From positions 62,001-126,000 of IMG/VR virus record IMGVR_UViG_3300020810_001156: a stretch of 64,000 bases of DNA; one strand, written 5' to 3'. Below the pieces are notes generated by a model. That model was not told the origin of the DNA, ran no database searches, and saw nothing but the letters and a program-made list of their open reading frames with translations. Position numbers and translations under genes: made by a program. Position 1 is the first letter of the stretch, and every line of letters begins with the position of its first letter. Below, piece by piece: positions 19,801-27,590 of the stretch.

Positions 19801-22288
19801 ATATTTAATTGATAGAATGTATGCAGGTGGTGGTGGAGAAGGTGTAAATACAATTAATGCTGGTTCACTTACTGCTGGTAGAGTTGAACCAAGAAGTATA
19901 ACTGGAGAAGCATTAAGAATATCAACATCTGGTTCATTGGATGGACAAACTCTCCCATTCTTATCTATGGGACAGCTTACTGCATCATATGATGCGCAAG
20001 GATTATTTTTCGGATTCCCATCTGGTTCAACTGTTCCAAGAATTTCTATGAGAGGACCTGATGGTAGTTTCTTTAGATATGATGGTAGTGTAGTACAAAT
20101 GAGTTCGGATATTATTGGTGGGGCAATTGAAGGTTCGGATATTGTTGGAGGTACAATCAGCGTACCAGCTACTGGAGTAAGTGCATCATTTAGTGTAAAT
20201 GCTCAGGGAGCATTATCAGCTTCCGATGCAAACATTCAGGGTATTATCAATGCTAATTCTGGTAGAATTGGTTCTTGGGTAATTGATGAAGATACTCAGG
20301 CATTAAGAGATGATAACTCTGAAATCGTATTTGAACCTAATATTCCTGAAATACAATTATTTGATAGTGCAGCTGCTAAGAAAGTAATTATTTCTCCATC
20401 GGATACCTTAACTGGTACGGGTGGAACTACAACTACTGTAGAATGGATAACAGCAGCACCAGACCCCAGTGATGTTAGATACGCTGGTACTGGAAATTCA
20501 AGCGGTATAATATCACAAGCATCCAGTGCTACAACAACACTTGTTCAATTTGGTAGTTACATATCTGGTGGATTAAGTGATTCTGATGATGAGGGAACAG
20601 ATGATGGATTGTTTGGTGTAACTGCTGGTGATTTAGAAGTAACGATAAATGTACCAGAAATGTATTTGATGAAACCAGAAGGTAGTTCGGTATCACATAC
20701 TACATCTTATCCAAATTATAATCCAACTTATAATTCTCAACTACATGGAGGAAGTTCTTTTCCGAAATATGCCTATGCATATCTTTATTTAGAATGTGTA
20801 GATACCGATACCTCTAATAGTGTTTTGGGTAGAACATTAATAGCAGCCGTTAATTCAAGAAGTGATTATACTGCTGGTAATTATTACGTTGGTGATGTTA
20901 ATGACGGTGGTGGTGGGGGAACATCTTTCCCAGGTATAAGTTCAGTAACTGGTGATACTGAAATTACATTAGCATCTGGAAGAAAAATGAGAGCAGACCA
21001 GATATTTAGTGGTGAACCTTTAAAAGTTTGGAGTTGGAACGATAAAATAGATGGTGTAGATGAAATAAATAAATTTGATTCATTTAAATTAGAAAAAGTA
21101 AAAAAACGAAAAGTAGATAAAGTTTATAAAGTAGTTGTTGGTGATAAGGAAGTGAGAGTTTCCGATACTCATGGGTTTTGGTTAGATAATAATGAAGAAG
21201 TAACCGCAGTTGATATTATACCAAATGAAACTAAAGTTTACATAGTAGATGGTGATACTATAAAACTACAAACAGTTGATTCAGTTGAAGAGATTGAAAC
21301 TGATGAGTGGGTATATACATTTGAAGTACCGGGTGTTCATAATTACATATCAAATGATATTTTATCACACAACCCATCAACTTGGACTTATACATCTGCT
21401 ACTACTGTAAGTGGATATGTTGGTTCTCAATCAGCAATAAGCAATCAAACTAAAACAATTAATATATCTCGAGCGGCAACTAATGCAGCATTCAGATATT
21501 CTATACGTTTAGCAGCTGCTTCAGGTAGAGCTATTAATGTAGATTCATCTGGTAACAGTTTAAATAGTTACAAAACACATACTGTTAGGTATGATGCTCT
21601 AAGAGCAGCAGGTCCAATACCAGCTGGATATTTGGGTAGAGCGGGTGGATATCAACCTGATTTATTATTAGATACTAATGTTAGTTTTGCGTTAGCATCT
21701 AACTTTGTTGAAATTAAAGCAGGTGGTATTCAGGTTGTATCAGACCCAGATACATTTGTTAAAATACCTAGACAAGCTACTGGGGGTGGAACAATTTTAG
21801 AAGCAAAAGGTGGAGAATCTATTTTCGAAGCTACGGGAACTGGAATTGGCCAGACTGCAATGACTGTAAAAGGTAATCTTATGCCAGAAAATGGTGATGA
21901 TTTTGATTTCGGTAGTGCTTCGGATATGTGGAAAAATATTTACGGCCATAACCTCAATGGTGTAGATATTGAAAACTTAGCTGTATCATTAGATGATGGT
22001 CCCGGTGCAACTACCACAGATACTAACTCAGTTAATGATAACTATGATAGTTATGTAAAATTGCCTGGTGGTGTTATCTTACAATGGGGACATATTTATG
22101 ATACATCATCACCAAGATATGTTGCATTCCCTACCCAATTCCCAAATGTTATTCATTCGGTAGTTTGTTCTACAAATAGAAATTCTGGTGGTAGTAACGG
22201 GTATAATCATGTTTACAACTACGATAGAAATGGTGTAGAATTAATTTTAGATGGTAATTATGGATTTTGGATTGCAATCGGACATTAA
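13880..22288 (+). CDS. Giant tail fibre / receptor-binding protein (2802 aa) with an internal Hint domain and a gp53-like C-terminal domain
   Basis: S/T/G-rich beta-type sequence; C-terminal YVKLPGGVILQWG...VAFPTQFPN is the common tail-fibre tip motif; immediately followed by a fibre-assembly chaperone. Confidence 0.75.
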   Translation: MARIKKYSPEQNLSSFQTLIVDENPNSDYFRITEFKDTFTGGKNGFLIEGSEYLKESTEIKIEILDVNGEPIYYEPGNGIPEYYEGISKLIAVYIYEDTPIGLGKITILGELKEYDDNGVKRQIPSDWRGAYNVKWERTFQINKNLSNEDRVRFYRRPKVGIDEIVKPIFNKTPQTITQTGQVDGLPLIPTENTQLSNFSLPTSYRLKITDDTYWTGSAVGQQIEFSGLNYSPTITDIVNKDEVLVSPPYSESDLVKPFSSQNYSVSFPYVEGAVDLATALTGSFAKINITNMKTFVGDAARVKVFRKSVSQLTDYEFVQEIQLESNELLRDLESVESTETFYGNLSQNYINNYWLTSSNDLVTTFNQDFLYNSVELDNGASTPQYFYTSQSLGITNGVEYNLSFNVRKRTNISADDYLKVYLSGSFGNTTVAQTITNIGSSNELLQKTLVNENIIADNISGSQLYFEVKGNDWLINNISLRAAEETSFSPDEITFIQSVPKTLAEETFDFRFEFYDINNNYIPVLVEETKTFTGGNLNLFTKELILTPNQLYFAFDSASAPANPLPPLNIFIDVEKRVITGSVTFTSGAYDEFGNLLSSSQYNGGVFPGLLTDRDKDIVKLNVSDYTGSRDDITVQYIEYTGEVEGVTDSFVITRVQDGKGGVNFEIRPYRGTIIKNKDDKELEIQAIRIDGINEIILKDNLPQTGFSDAKLRVLSSSIDEVTLEESGSYILLSEASSTKFIKGLNAGLTGSGEIDYNARFNRDSIDNELTVFLMDGETSQSILTSIILTDLQDGLDSGFVTFDADVFTINPRTQTQFTPQFSSVTGSFYKRGTKANPVSASIEIFPSMSINKDFVPEYWMYFVSHSKDESIEVTAYDENGFYSPHGELGSYIGLPASQSKQLLVNFTYTEPVTSASVQVDHIFTIVPEGKPGDETVLFEVNPQTVNLKSDSRGNVNDFKQSITDISLRQGSRRLIFTGSAEPGTFTIASESISSQNIEVGLLHLTSSFGTDYTASLIVSESSNFTQLSGSITYPLEIRPYFTSSVYTQSFTQNFTKILDGPPPIELNIVPQSVTLIANEVEFVGDYSNATTTITVKEGSDNLINTSSGAPGTFTLESINTTNITSNLVSLEGGISASVEFSEFEYPYVSASVTYNINVFPFSLGPGHEYSSSVFERTQNFVKSITPPNARSVELTATSEVVHFDGDGQVTSPLGAITLTAEAYNTTGSVYYGFFRDSYVWQPYSQTNTVTVGSGDATEAGETVSWEVRIRDGGSTANVVATDAITITGVQDGASNYNVQLDNPSVTLTSDVDGTTHFTGSGAVIRAVKGVTPLTHVTSYSPSDYVYDEQGVFIGNLGQYSASIESKSPYLNQTGIFAGNPATLPEIPNGGWTSPFDNPTGTIVYKVDIENGRATYFLSQSFAVTFEGATGPGVVVRGEWNANVPYLFTGTRRDAVVQEISGDTHYWATTEALINKPAYTDGSAPYTAQPTLPPGPPYEEGYEDATTGWEYLGQEDFFVAAKIAIFEESFVENTINVGKPSTDYSVNPQIAIYGGDSEPYIAIGQGTQGYGQQGIFLGVTEDGGPNGTQGTSGLFSIENDTGDRYLRWDGYDLEIAGSIQIKGGSAATTSSVDAINNATGGFINPSEYQFGPGSSPDFFELGELPATPSVPGLYLGSDNLGYHDGTDWNAFLDNNGNFYLGGEEGGSLSFQQSSGNLKVSGIVSASAGIFGGLVIDNTGVFFPSTYDVGNQYFGESVVTQSLSYIDFTDAITNQGGGSRAIIERNTSISDVGDNAYKQMTRTADPFGSGSAVMTAFGLVTTTNLVTGSASGSFFGSDNAHFKVTPNLYALNSSYEIDFWWTGSFNLDAGGANASNLVWQAGTNQIITSDSSWEDAIGSPYIPDEWFHGSLDSGADPRMSAYIHAYDVPVLGIGNIVDLYIPIVQYLNSTTLRSTEDNNYGSDIELHNAGSVTLYLIDRMYAGGGGEGVNTINAGSLTAGRVEPRSITGEALRISTSGSLDGQTLPFLSMGQLTASYDAQGLFFGFPSGSTVPRISMRGPDGSFFRYDGSVVQMSSDIIGGAIEGSDIVGGTISVPATGVSASFSVNAQGALSASDANIQGIINANSGRIGSWVIDEDTQALRDDNSEIVFEPNIPEIQLFDSAAAKKVIISPSDTLTGTGGTTTTVEWITAAPDPSDVRYAGTGNSSGIISQASSATTTLVQFGSYISGGLSDSDDEGTDDGLFGVTAGDLEVTINVPEMYLMKPEGSSVSHTTSYPNYNPTYNSQLHGGSSFPKYAYAYLYLECVDTDTSNSVLGRTLIAAVNSRSDYTAGNYYVGDVNDGGGGGTSFPGISSVTGDTEITLASGRKMRADQIFSGEPLKVWSWNDKIDGVDEINKFDSFKLEKVKKRKVDKVYKVVVGDKEVRVSDTHGFWLDNNEEVTAVDIIPNETKVYIVDGDTIKLQTVDSVEEIETDEWVYTFEVPGVHNYISNDILSHNPSTWTYTSATTVSGYVGSQSAISNQTKTINISRAATNAAFRYSIRLAAASGRAINVDSSGNSLNSYKTHTVRYDALRAAGPIPAGYLGRAGGYQPDLLLDTNVSFALASNFVEIKAGGIQVVSDPDTFVKIPRQATGGGTILEAKGGESIFEATGTGIGQTAMTVKGNLMPENGDDFDFGSASDMWKNIYGHNLNGVDIENLAVSLDDGPGATTTDTNSVNDNYDSYVKLPGGVILQWGHIYDTSSPRYVAFPTQFPNVIHSVVCSTNRNSGGSNGYNHVYNYDRNGVELILDGNYGFWIAIGH
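20942..21373 (+). other. Hint (intein-like) domain, 144 aa, without an endonuclease
   Basis: Block A SVTGDTEITLASG, block B VSDTHGFW, blocks F/G VYTFEVPGVHNYISNDILSHN, followed by Pro. Confidence 0.8.
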
Positions 22289-22299
22289 AAAAATAAATT

Positions 22300-22689
22300 A
22301 TGAGTGATATACGATACTTTGGACATTATGATGAAAATGGGGATTATAAAGCATTTTTCCCAACGGATATACATCCCGATACAGGTTCTATGGACACTCC
22401 CAACATAGAGTTAACAAAAGAACAATGGATTGAGGCAAGGCAAACTAGATGTAGAGTAATCGATGGTATTCACACAGTTGTACCATTAACTACCGAAGAA
22501 CAAAACGAAAGAGATTTACAAAATATTAGAAGAGAAAGAAATGAACTTTTGGATAAATCGGATTGGGTTGTACTTCCTCATTCTCCTATTACTGGTTCTA
22601 AATTAGATGATTGGTTACAATATCGACAATATTTAAGAGATGTAACTTCTCAAACTCCTCCATATACTTTACCAACTCAACCGGAATAA
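22300..22689 (+). CDS. Tail fibre assembly chaperone (Tfa/TAC-like)
   Basis: IRRERNELLDKSDWVVLPHSP...WLQYRQYLRDVT motif; directly downstream of the fibre gene. Confidence 0.8.
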   Translation: MSDIRYFGHYDENGDYKAFFPTDIHPDTGSMDTPNIELTKEQWIEARQTRCRVIDGIHTVVPLTTEEQNERDLQNIRRERNELLDKSDWVVLPHSPITGSKLDDWLQYRQYLRDVTSQTPPYTLPTQPE

Positions 22690-22713
22690 TTTTTCGTTAA
22701 ATATAATTCATAT

Positions 22714-22722
22714 ATACTTATA
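22714..22722 (+). promoter_or_regulatory. Putative phage late promoter (ATACTTATA)
   Basis: Recurrent motif 16 nt before ATG 22739. Confidence 0.5.
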
Positions 22723-22738
22723 TATAAATAAAGGTAAC

Positions 22739-23011
22739 ATGCAAAACAAAACAGAACAATTGGATTTAAATTTAGTTGCTAAACTAAAAAAAATTCAAGA
22801 AGAACAAAATAATATAGTAATTTCATTAGGACAAATCACAGTACAAAAAAGACAATTATCAAAAAGTATTGAAGATTTGGAAAATAGGGAATTAACATTA
22901 GGTGAAAGTTTGGATAAATCAATTGAAATTCTAAATAAAGAATTAGCTGAAATTGATGGAAAATATCCAAATGGACAAATTGATTTAGAAAAAGGTACAA
23001 TTACTTACTAA
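22739..23011 (+). CDS. Small coiled-coil hypothetical protein, paralog of 27591..27959
   Basis: GQITVQK..L...L...KYPNGQIDLEKGTITY versus GQIYLRK..L...L..KEYPRGQINLKEGTLTY. Confidence 0.7.
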   Translation: MQNKTEQLDLNLVAKLKKIQEEQNNIVISLGQITVQKRQLSKSIEDLENRELTLGESLDKSIEILNKELAEIDGKYPNGQIDLEKGTITY

Positions 23012-23015
23012 AATA

Positions 23016-23047
23016 TTTGGTAATTCAAATATTTTTTAGTATATTTG
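23016..23047 (+). promoter_or_regulatory. Bacteroidota primary-sigma promoter driving the glycan-modification operon
   Basis: TTTG 23016-23019, 20-nt spacer, TATATTTG 23040-23047. Confidence 0.75.
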
Positions 23048-23083
23048 TATTGAAGTGTATCTATACACTAAAAAGTTTCGTTT

Positions 23084-25267
23084 ATGCCTAAAAAGAAAAA
23101 ACTGTTATACATTGCACCCCATCTTTCTACTGGGGGCATGCCACAATATCTTCTCAAACAAATCCAAACATTTGTAAATGATTTTGAAATAGTTGTTGTT
23201 GAATATAATGACCATAGTGGTGGTGTATTTGTAGTTCAAAAAAATCAAATAAATGATTTAGTGAAACTATACTCTTTATATGAAAATAAAAAAGAGTTAT
23301 TAGAGATTATAGATTCCGAAAATCCTGATATAATTCATTTTCACGAAATACCACATCATTTTGTAGATACATCTTTATTAGATATTATTTTTGATAATGA
23401 AAAAAGAAATTATAATATTGTAGTAACCACACATGGTTCACTAACAAATCCAGACGAAATAAGATATCATCCAGATAGATATGTTTTGGTATCTGAGTGG
23501 AGTAGAAGAAAATTTGAACATTTAGGTATTGAAACTGATATTTGGGATTACCCAATTGAAGATTTTAAGTATGATAAAAAATCTGCAAAAAAAGAATTAG
23601 GATTTGAATCCGATTGGAAGCATGTAGTGATGATTGGTTTATTTACTGAGGGTAAAAATCAAGGTGAAATATTTGGGGTAGCTAGACAAATGGAAAAGTA
23701 CAAAATTAAATTTCACTTTGTTGGAAACCAAGCTATGAACTTCGAAAATTATTGGAAACCTTTAATGGATGTTAAACCCGATAATTGTATTATTTGGGGA
23801 GAACGAAATGATGTAGATAAATTTTACAAAGCATCGGATATGTTTTATTTTAGTTCTAAATTAGAATTAAATCCTTTATCGGTTAAAGAAGCATTATCAT
23901 ATGGATTACCATCTATATTCAGAAAACTACATACTTATTTGGATACATATGATGATAATCCACTGGTTACTTATATCGATGATGATTTAAATAATACTAA
24001 ACAAATTATATTAGAAAAGTTACAACCTGATTTTAATGAAGTACCTGGTTGGTTTTCATATTCTGATTTATACGATAAGGTGATTAGGGATTTGCCCGAT
24101 AATTCTAATATAGTTGAGGTTGGTAGTTGGTTAGGTAAATCTACCAATCATATGGCCAACAAAATAAAATATTCAAAAAAGAACTTTAATTTTACAACAG
24201 TTGATACGTTTAAGGGTACAATTGATGAAACTTTACATCAGAGTATTGTAAATAGTTTTGGGGGAGATGTATTTTATGAATTTATAGATAACACAATTTT
24301 ATCAAACAACTATAACAACTTTGAAATTATAAAAGATACATCCGAAAATGCGTCATCCCAATTTCAAAATAACTCATTAGATTTTGTTTTTTTGGATGCG
24401 GGCCACACATATGATGATGTGATTAAAGATATAAAATATTGGTATAAAAAAGTTAAGCCAGGTGGAATTATTGCTGGTGATGATTATGTTAAGGAATTTA
24501 TGGGAGTAGTTGATGCTGTGAGAGAATCGTTTTATTATCAGTTTGAACAAATAAACAAATTTCAATGGGCTAGAAGAAAACCTCGTATTCAAATCAAACA
24601 CCTAATGACTAGGCCAAATGATTTAAGAGAAATGGTATCACAAGCTTCACTTAAACAATTGGAAAGGTATGGAATGGTTTATGAACCAATTGTAAATAAA
24701 CCTTATACTGATTTTGCACCAAAGGAATTTTGTAGAAGGCCTGAACATCTAAGTAAAGATAACAAACCGGGTGAGTTATATCCTGGTGCTGGTTTGGGTT
24801 GGATAACTGGGGGGCATTATGGGTGCTATATGGCTCATAGAGGTGCTTTGGAAACAATGGATAATGATAACTTTGATTATACTCTTATCTTCGAAGCTGA
24901 TGCATTTATTTATACTGGTTTAGAGGAGTTTGTAGATATTGTACATAAAGCTTGTTTCATATCAGAAAGAGATGATGTTACCTACATATCTTTCGCTGAT
25001 AATCCATCTAGAAGTAAAGAAAAAATAGATGAGTTGTTTTCCAAAACGGCACATAATCAAGATTTAGCACATGCTTATTTAATACCAAATCGTAAAAAAC
25101 AATGGTGGTTAGATAGAATCAAAGATTGTAAGTGGGATGTTGCTGATTTGTGGTATAACCACGTATTCTACGAACATCCAGAAAAAAGATATACAACCAA
25201 TAAAGTATATTCAAAGCAAGCAGAAGGATACTCTTTATTAGATTTAAAAAATAAAACTTGGTTATAA
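23084..25267 (+). CDS. Triple fusion: GT-B (GT4-like) glycosyltransferase + class I SAM methyltransferase + GT25-like glycosyltransferase
   Basis: PHLSTGGMPQY / KNQGEIF / ELNPLSVKEALSYGLP (GT4); VEVGSWLGKS / FLDAGHTY / KVKPGGIIAGDDY (Methyltransf_24-like); GHYGCYMAH / LIFEADA (GT25-like). Confidence 0.82.
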   Translation: MPKKKKLLYIAPHLSTGGMPQYLLKQIQTFVNDFEIVVVEYNDHSGGVFVVQKNQINDLVKLYSLYENKKELLEIIDSENPDIIHFHEIPHHFVDTSLLDIIFDNEKRNYNIVVTTHGSLTNPDEIRYHPDRYVLVSEWSRRKFEHLGIETDIWDYPIEDFKYDKKSAKKELGFESDWKHVVMIGLFTEGKNQGEIFGVARQMEKYKIKFHFVGNQAMNFENYWKPLMDVKPDNCIIWGERNDVDKFYKASDMFYFSSKLELNPLSVKEALSYGLPSIFRKLHTYLDTYDDNPLVTYIDDDLNNTKQIILEKLQPDFNEVPGWFSYSDLYDKVIRDLPDNSNIVEVGSWLGKSTNHMANKIKYSKKNFNFTTVDTFKGTIDETLHQSIVNSFGGDVFYEFIDNTILSNNYNNFEIIKDTSENASSQFQNNSLDFVFLDAGHTYDDVIKDIKYWYKKVKPGGIIAGDDYVKEFMGVVDAVRESFYYQFEQINKFQWARRKPRIQIKHLMTRPNDLREMVSQASLKQLERYGMVYEPIVNKPYTDFAPKEFCRRPEHLSKDNKPGELYPGAGLGWITGGHYGCYMAHRGALETMDNDNFDYTLIFEADAFIYTGLEEFVDIVHKACFISERDDVTYISFADNPSRSKEKIDELFSKTAHNQDLAHAYLIPNRKKQWWLDRIKDCKWDVADLWYNHVFYEHPEKRYTTNKVYSKQAEGYSLLDLKNKTWL

Positions 25268-26409
25268 TGATTTACGATAATTTAATAAAATTAGAGGACA
25301 ATATTAGAGAAGTTAGAAATACTTTTATTTTTAATTTTGTTAGAGGTGCTTATATCGAAGTAAAGGGTTCCCAACCAAAAAACTATAAAGTACAATTTAT
25401 AGACCCAAAAACAAATTATATTCATTTCCAAACAGATATCTCAAATGGGCAGTGGGCAAAATGTAGTATTGAATTTTTTGTTAATTGGAATGTTAAAATT
25501 TGGGAAGGTGATATTTTGGTAGAAGATTATCAATATAATGCTGAAAATAAAAGAGTTTATATAGCATTGGATTCGAAGGCATTGGGTGATACTTTGGCTT
25601 GGGTTCCATATGTTGAGGAGTTTGGTAAACTACATAATTGTAAAATGATAACTTCCACATTTCACAATCATATGTTTGAAAAGCAATACCCAAACATAGA
25701 ATTTGTTGAACCGGGTACAAATGTACATAATTTATATGCTATGTATTCATTAGGGTTATTTTATAATGAAGATAATACATACAAAATGTTAAAACATCCA
25801 TCTAATTTTTTAAATGAACCAATGCAGAAAATGGCAACTGATATATTGGGTATGGATTTTAAGGAAGTTAAACCAAAATTAGTGGATAAACAAATTAAAA
25901 AAGATAATAAACTAATCACTATTGCAATTCATGGAACCGCACAAACAAAGTATTGGAATAATCCAAATGGTTGGCAAGATGTTGTAGATTGGTTAAATGA
26001 TAAAGGATACAAAGTAAAATTATTATCCAGAGAAAACGATGGATATATGGGTAACGAGCATCCTAACGGAATCATTAAACACCCAGAAGGAACATTAGAA
26101 TCAGTTATGGATGAGATGAGAAAATCTAAAGCCTTTATTGGTATTGGTAGTGGATTGAGTTGGTTAAGTTGGGCATTGGGAACTAAGACTGTATTGATTA
26201 GTGGATTCTCATACGATTGGGCAGAAATGGAAGATTGTATTAGAATTGGAACACCTGAAGGAAAATGTAGTGGTTGTTTCAATAGATTGAGATTAGATGC
26301 TGGTGATTGGAATTGGTGTCCTGACCACAAAGAAACTAAAAGACAGTTTGAGTGTACTAAATCCATTACATCAGAAATGGTAATCAAAGAATTGGAAAAG
26401 TTTTTATGA
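25258..26409 (+). CDS. Protein O-heptosyltransferase of the AAH/TibC (autotransporter strand-loop-strand) family
   Basis: KRVYIALDSKALGDTLAW, FIGIGSGLSWLSWALG..TVLISGFS, and the four-Cys iron-finger pattern CSGCFN...WNWCPDHKETKRQFECTKSI characteristic of TibC/AAH. Confidence 0.8.
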   Translation: MVIMIYDNLIKLEDNIREVRNTFIFNFVRGAYIEVKGSQPKNYKVQFIDPKTNYIHFQTDISNGQWAKCSIEFFVNWNVKIWEGDILVEDYQYNAENKRVYIALDSKALGDTLAWVPYVEEFGKLHNCKMITSTFHNHMFEKQYPNIEFVEPGTNVHNLYAMYSLGLFYNEDNTYKMLKHPSNFLNEPMQKMATDILGMDFKEVKPKLVDKQIKKDNKLITIAIHGTAQTKYWNNPNGWQDVVDWLNDKGYKVKLLSRENDGYMGNEHPNGIIKHPEGTLESVMDEMRKSKAFIGIGSGLSWLSWALGTKTVLISGFSYDWAEMEDCIRIGTPEGKCSGCFNRLRLDAGDWNWCPDHKETKRQFECTKSITSEMVIKELEKFL

Positions 26410-26795
26410 AAAAAGTTTGGATAAATGGATGTTTTGATGTTTTACATCATGCTCATTTTAAAATGATTGAATTTGCATCTACTTTTGGTGATTTATTAGT
26501 AATTGGTATTGATTCTGATAAACGAGTAAAAGAGTTAAAAGGAGAAGATAGACCTTTTCATACGCAAGAAGAGAGAAAGTATAACTTAGAAAGAATTAAA
26601 GGAGTAAAAAAAGTAATAATATTTGATTCATCTCATGCATTGGAAGAAATGATAAAATCATATGAACCTGATGTATTTGTAATTGGTTCTGATTATAAAA
26701 ATAAACCAATAGTTGGTGAACAATATGCAAAATCAATTGTTTACTTTAATCGAATGGAAAATTTTAGTACTACAAAGATATTAAGTAATGGGTAG
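26406..26795 (+). CDS. hldC: HldC/RfaE domain II-like heptose-1-phosphate nucleotidyltransferase
   Basis: NGCFDVLHHAH (HxxH), IGIDSDKRVKELKGEDRP, IGSDY, C-terminal FSTT; overlaps both neighbours. Confidence 0.78.
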   Translation: MKKVWINGCFDVLHHAHFKMIEFASTFGDLLVIGIDSDKRVKELKGEDRPFHTQEERKYNLERIKGVKKVIIFDSSHALEEMIKSYEPDVFVIGSDYKNKPIVGEQYAKSIVYFNRMENFSTTKILSNG

Positions 26796-27540
26796 AATAT
26801 TATTAATAGGAGAACAATGTGATGATATCTTTATTTATGGAGATACACCAAGACTTTCACCCGAAGGACCTGCTCCTGTATTTATTCCGAAAAGAGAAGT
26901 TTACAATGGTGGGATGGGAATGAATGTAATGGGTAATTTAATGGCATTGGGGGTTGATGTAGATTTTGAACATCAACAATCTCCAATTACAAAGACAAGG
27001 CACATTCACGAACCATCGAATACCTTACTTCTAAGAATTGATGAGGAATTAAATATTGATAATATAGGTGATAGATTACCTAAGTTAGATTTTTGGGAAT
27101 ATCCAATGGTTGTAGTTTCCGATTACAACAAAGGATTCCTAACCGAAGAAGATATTGCATATATCGGATTCAAGCACCCAAATGTAATTTGTGATACAAA
27201 GAAAAAGTTGGGTGAATGGTGTAAAGATTTGCGATTCATAAAATTAAATCGTTCAGAATTTGAAAATAATAAAGAATTTATTGAAGAAAACGATTGGATT
27301 TTAGAAAAGTTAATAATTACATTAGATAAAGATGGGTGTATGTACAAAGGTACATCATATCCAACTGAACAAGTAGAGATTATGGATATCTCAGGAGCAG
27401 GTGATACTTTTGTAGCAGGATTTGTGAAAGAGTTCTTAGATTCCGAAGATATTCCAAAATCAATACAATTTGGAAATCGTTGTTCAGCACAAGTTGTACA
27501 AAAACGAGGTGTAACAACAATAGATTACGAAAATTTATAA
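26788..27540 (+). CDS. hldA: HldA/RfaE domain I-like heptose-7-phosphate kinase (PfkB family)
   Basis: RLSPEGPAPV, GGMGMNVMGNL, VVVSDYNKGFL, DISGAGDTFVAG, VVQKRGVT. Confidence 0.8.
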   Translation: MGRILLIGEQCDDIFIYGDTPRLSPEGPAPVFIPKREVYNGGMGMNVMGNLMALGVDVDFEHQQSPITKTRHIHEPSNTLLLRIDEELNIDNIGDRLPKLDFWEYPMVVVSDYNKGFLTEEDIAYIGFKHPNVICDTKKKLGEWCKDLRFIKLNRSEFENNKEFIEENDWILEKLIITLDKDGCMYKGTSYPTEQVEIMDISGAGDTFVAGFVKEFLDSEDIPKSIQFGNRCSAQVVQKRGVTTIDYENL

Positions 27541-27545
27541 ATTAT

Positions 27546-27554
27546 ATATTTATA
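27546..27554 (+). promoter_or_regulatory. Putative phage late promoter (ATATTTATA)
   Basis: Recurrent motif 36 nt before ATG 27591. Confidence 0.55.
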
Positions 27555-27590
27555 TATGAATTCAAAACAAATTAATTAATTTAAAGTCAT

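Noticed and set aside
20942-21373. Mobile intein with homing endonuclease
   Set aside because: Only 144 aa, no LAGLIDADG/HNH insert, +1 residue is Pro, and the host protein is a fibre rather than a conserved enzyme.
21400-22689. Diversity-generating retroelement acting on the fibre tip
   Set aside because: No reverse transcriptase and no template/variable repeat pair with adenine-specific mismatches seen in the window.
22723-22730. Canonical T4 late promoter TATAAATA
   Set aside because: A single occurrence overlapping the ATACTTATA motif; it is not the recurrent element upstream of structural genes.
9281-27540. Giant eukaryotic virus (NCLDV) origin suggested by the Mre11-Rad50 fusion and sugar enzymes
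   Set aside because: T4-like terminase, portal, protease and HK97-type capsid genes, bacterial promoters and coupled operons indicate a tailed phage.
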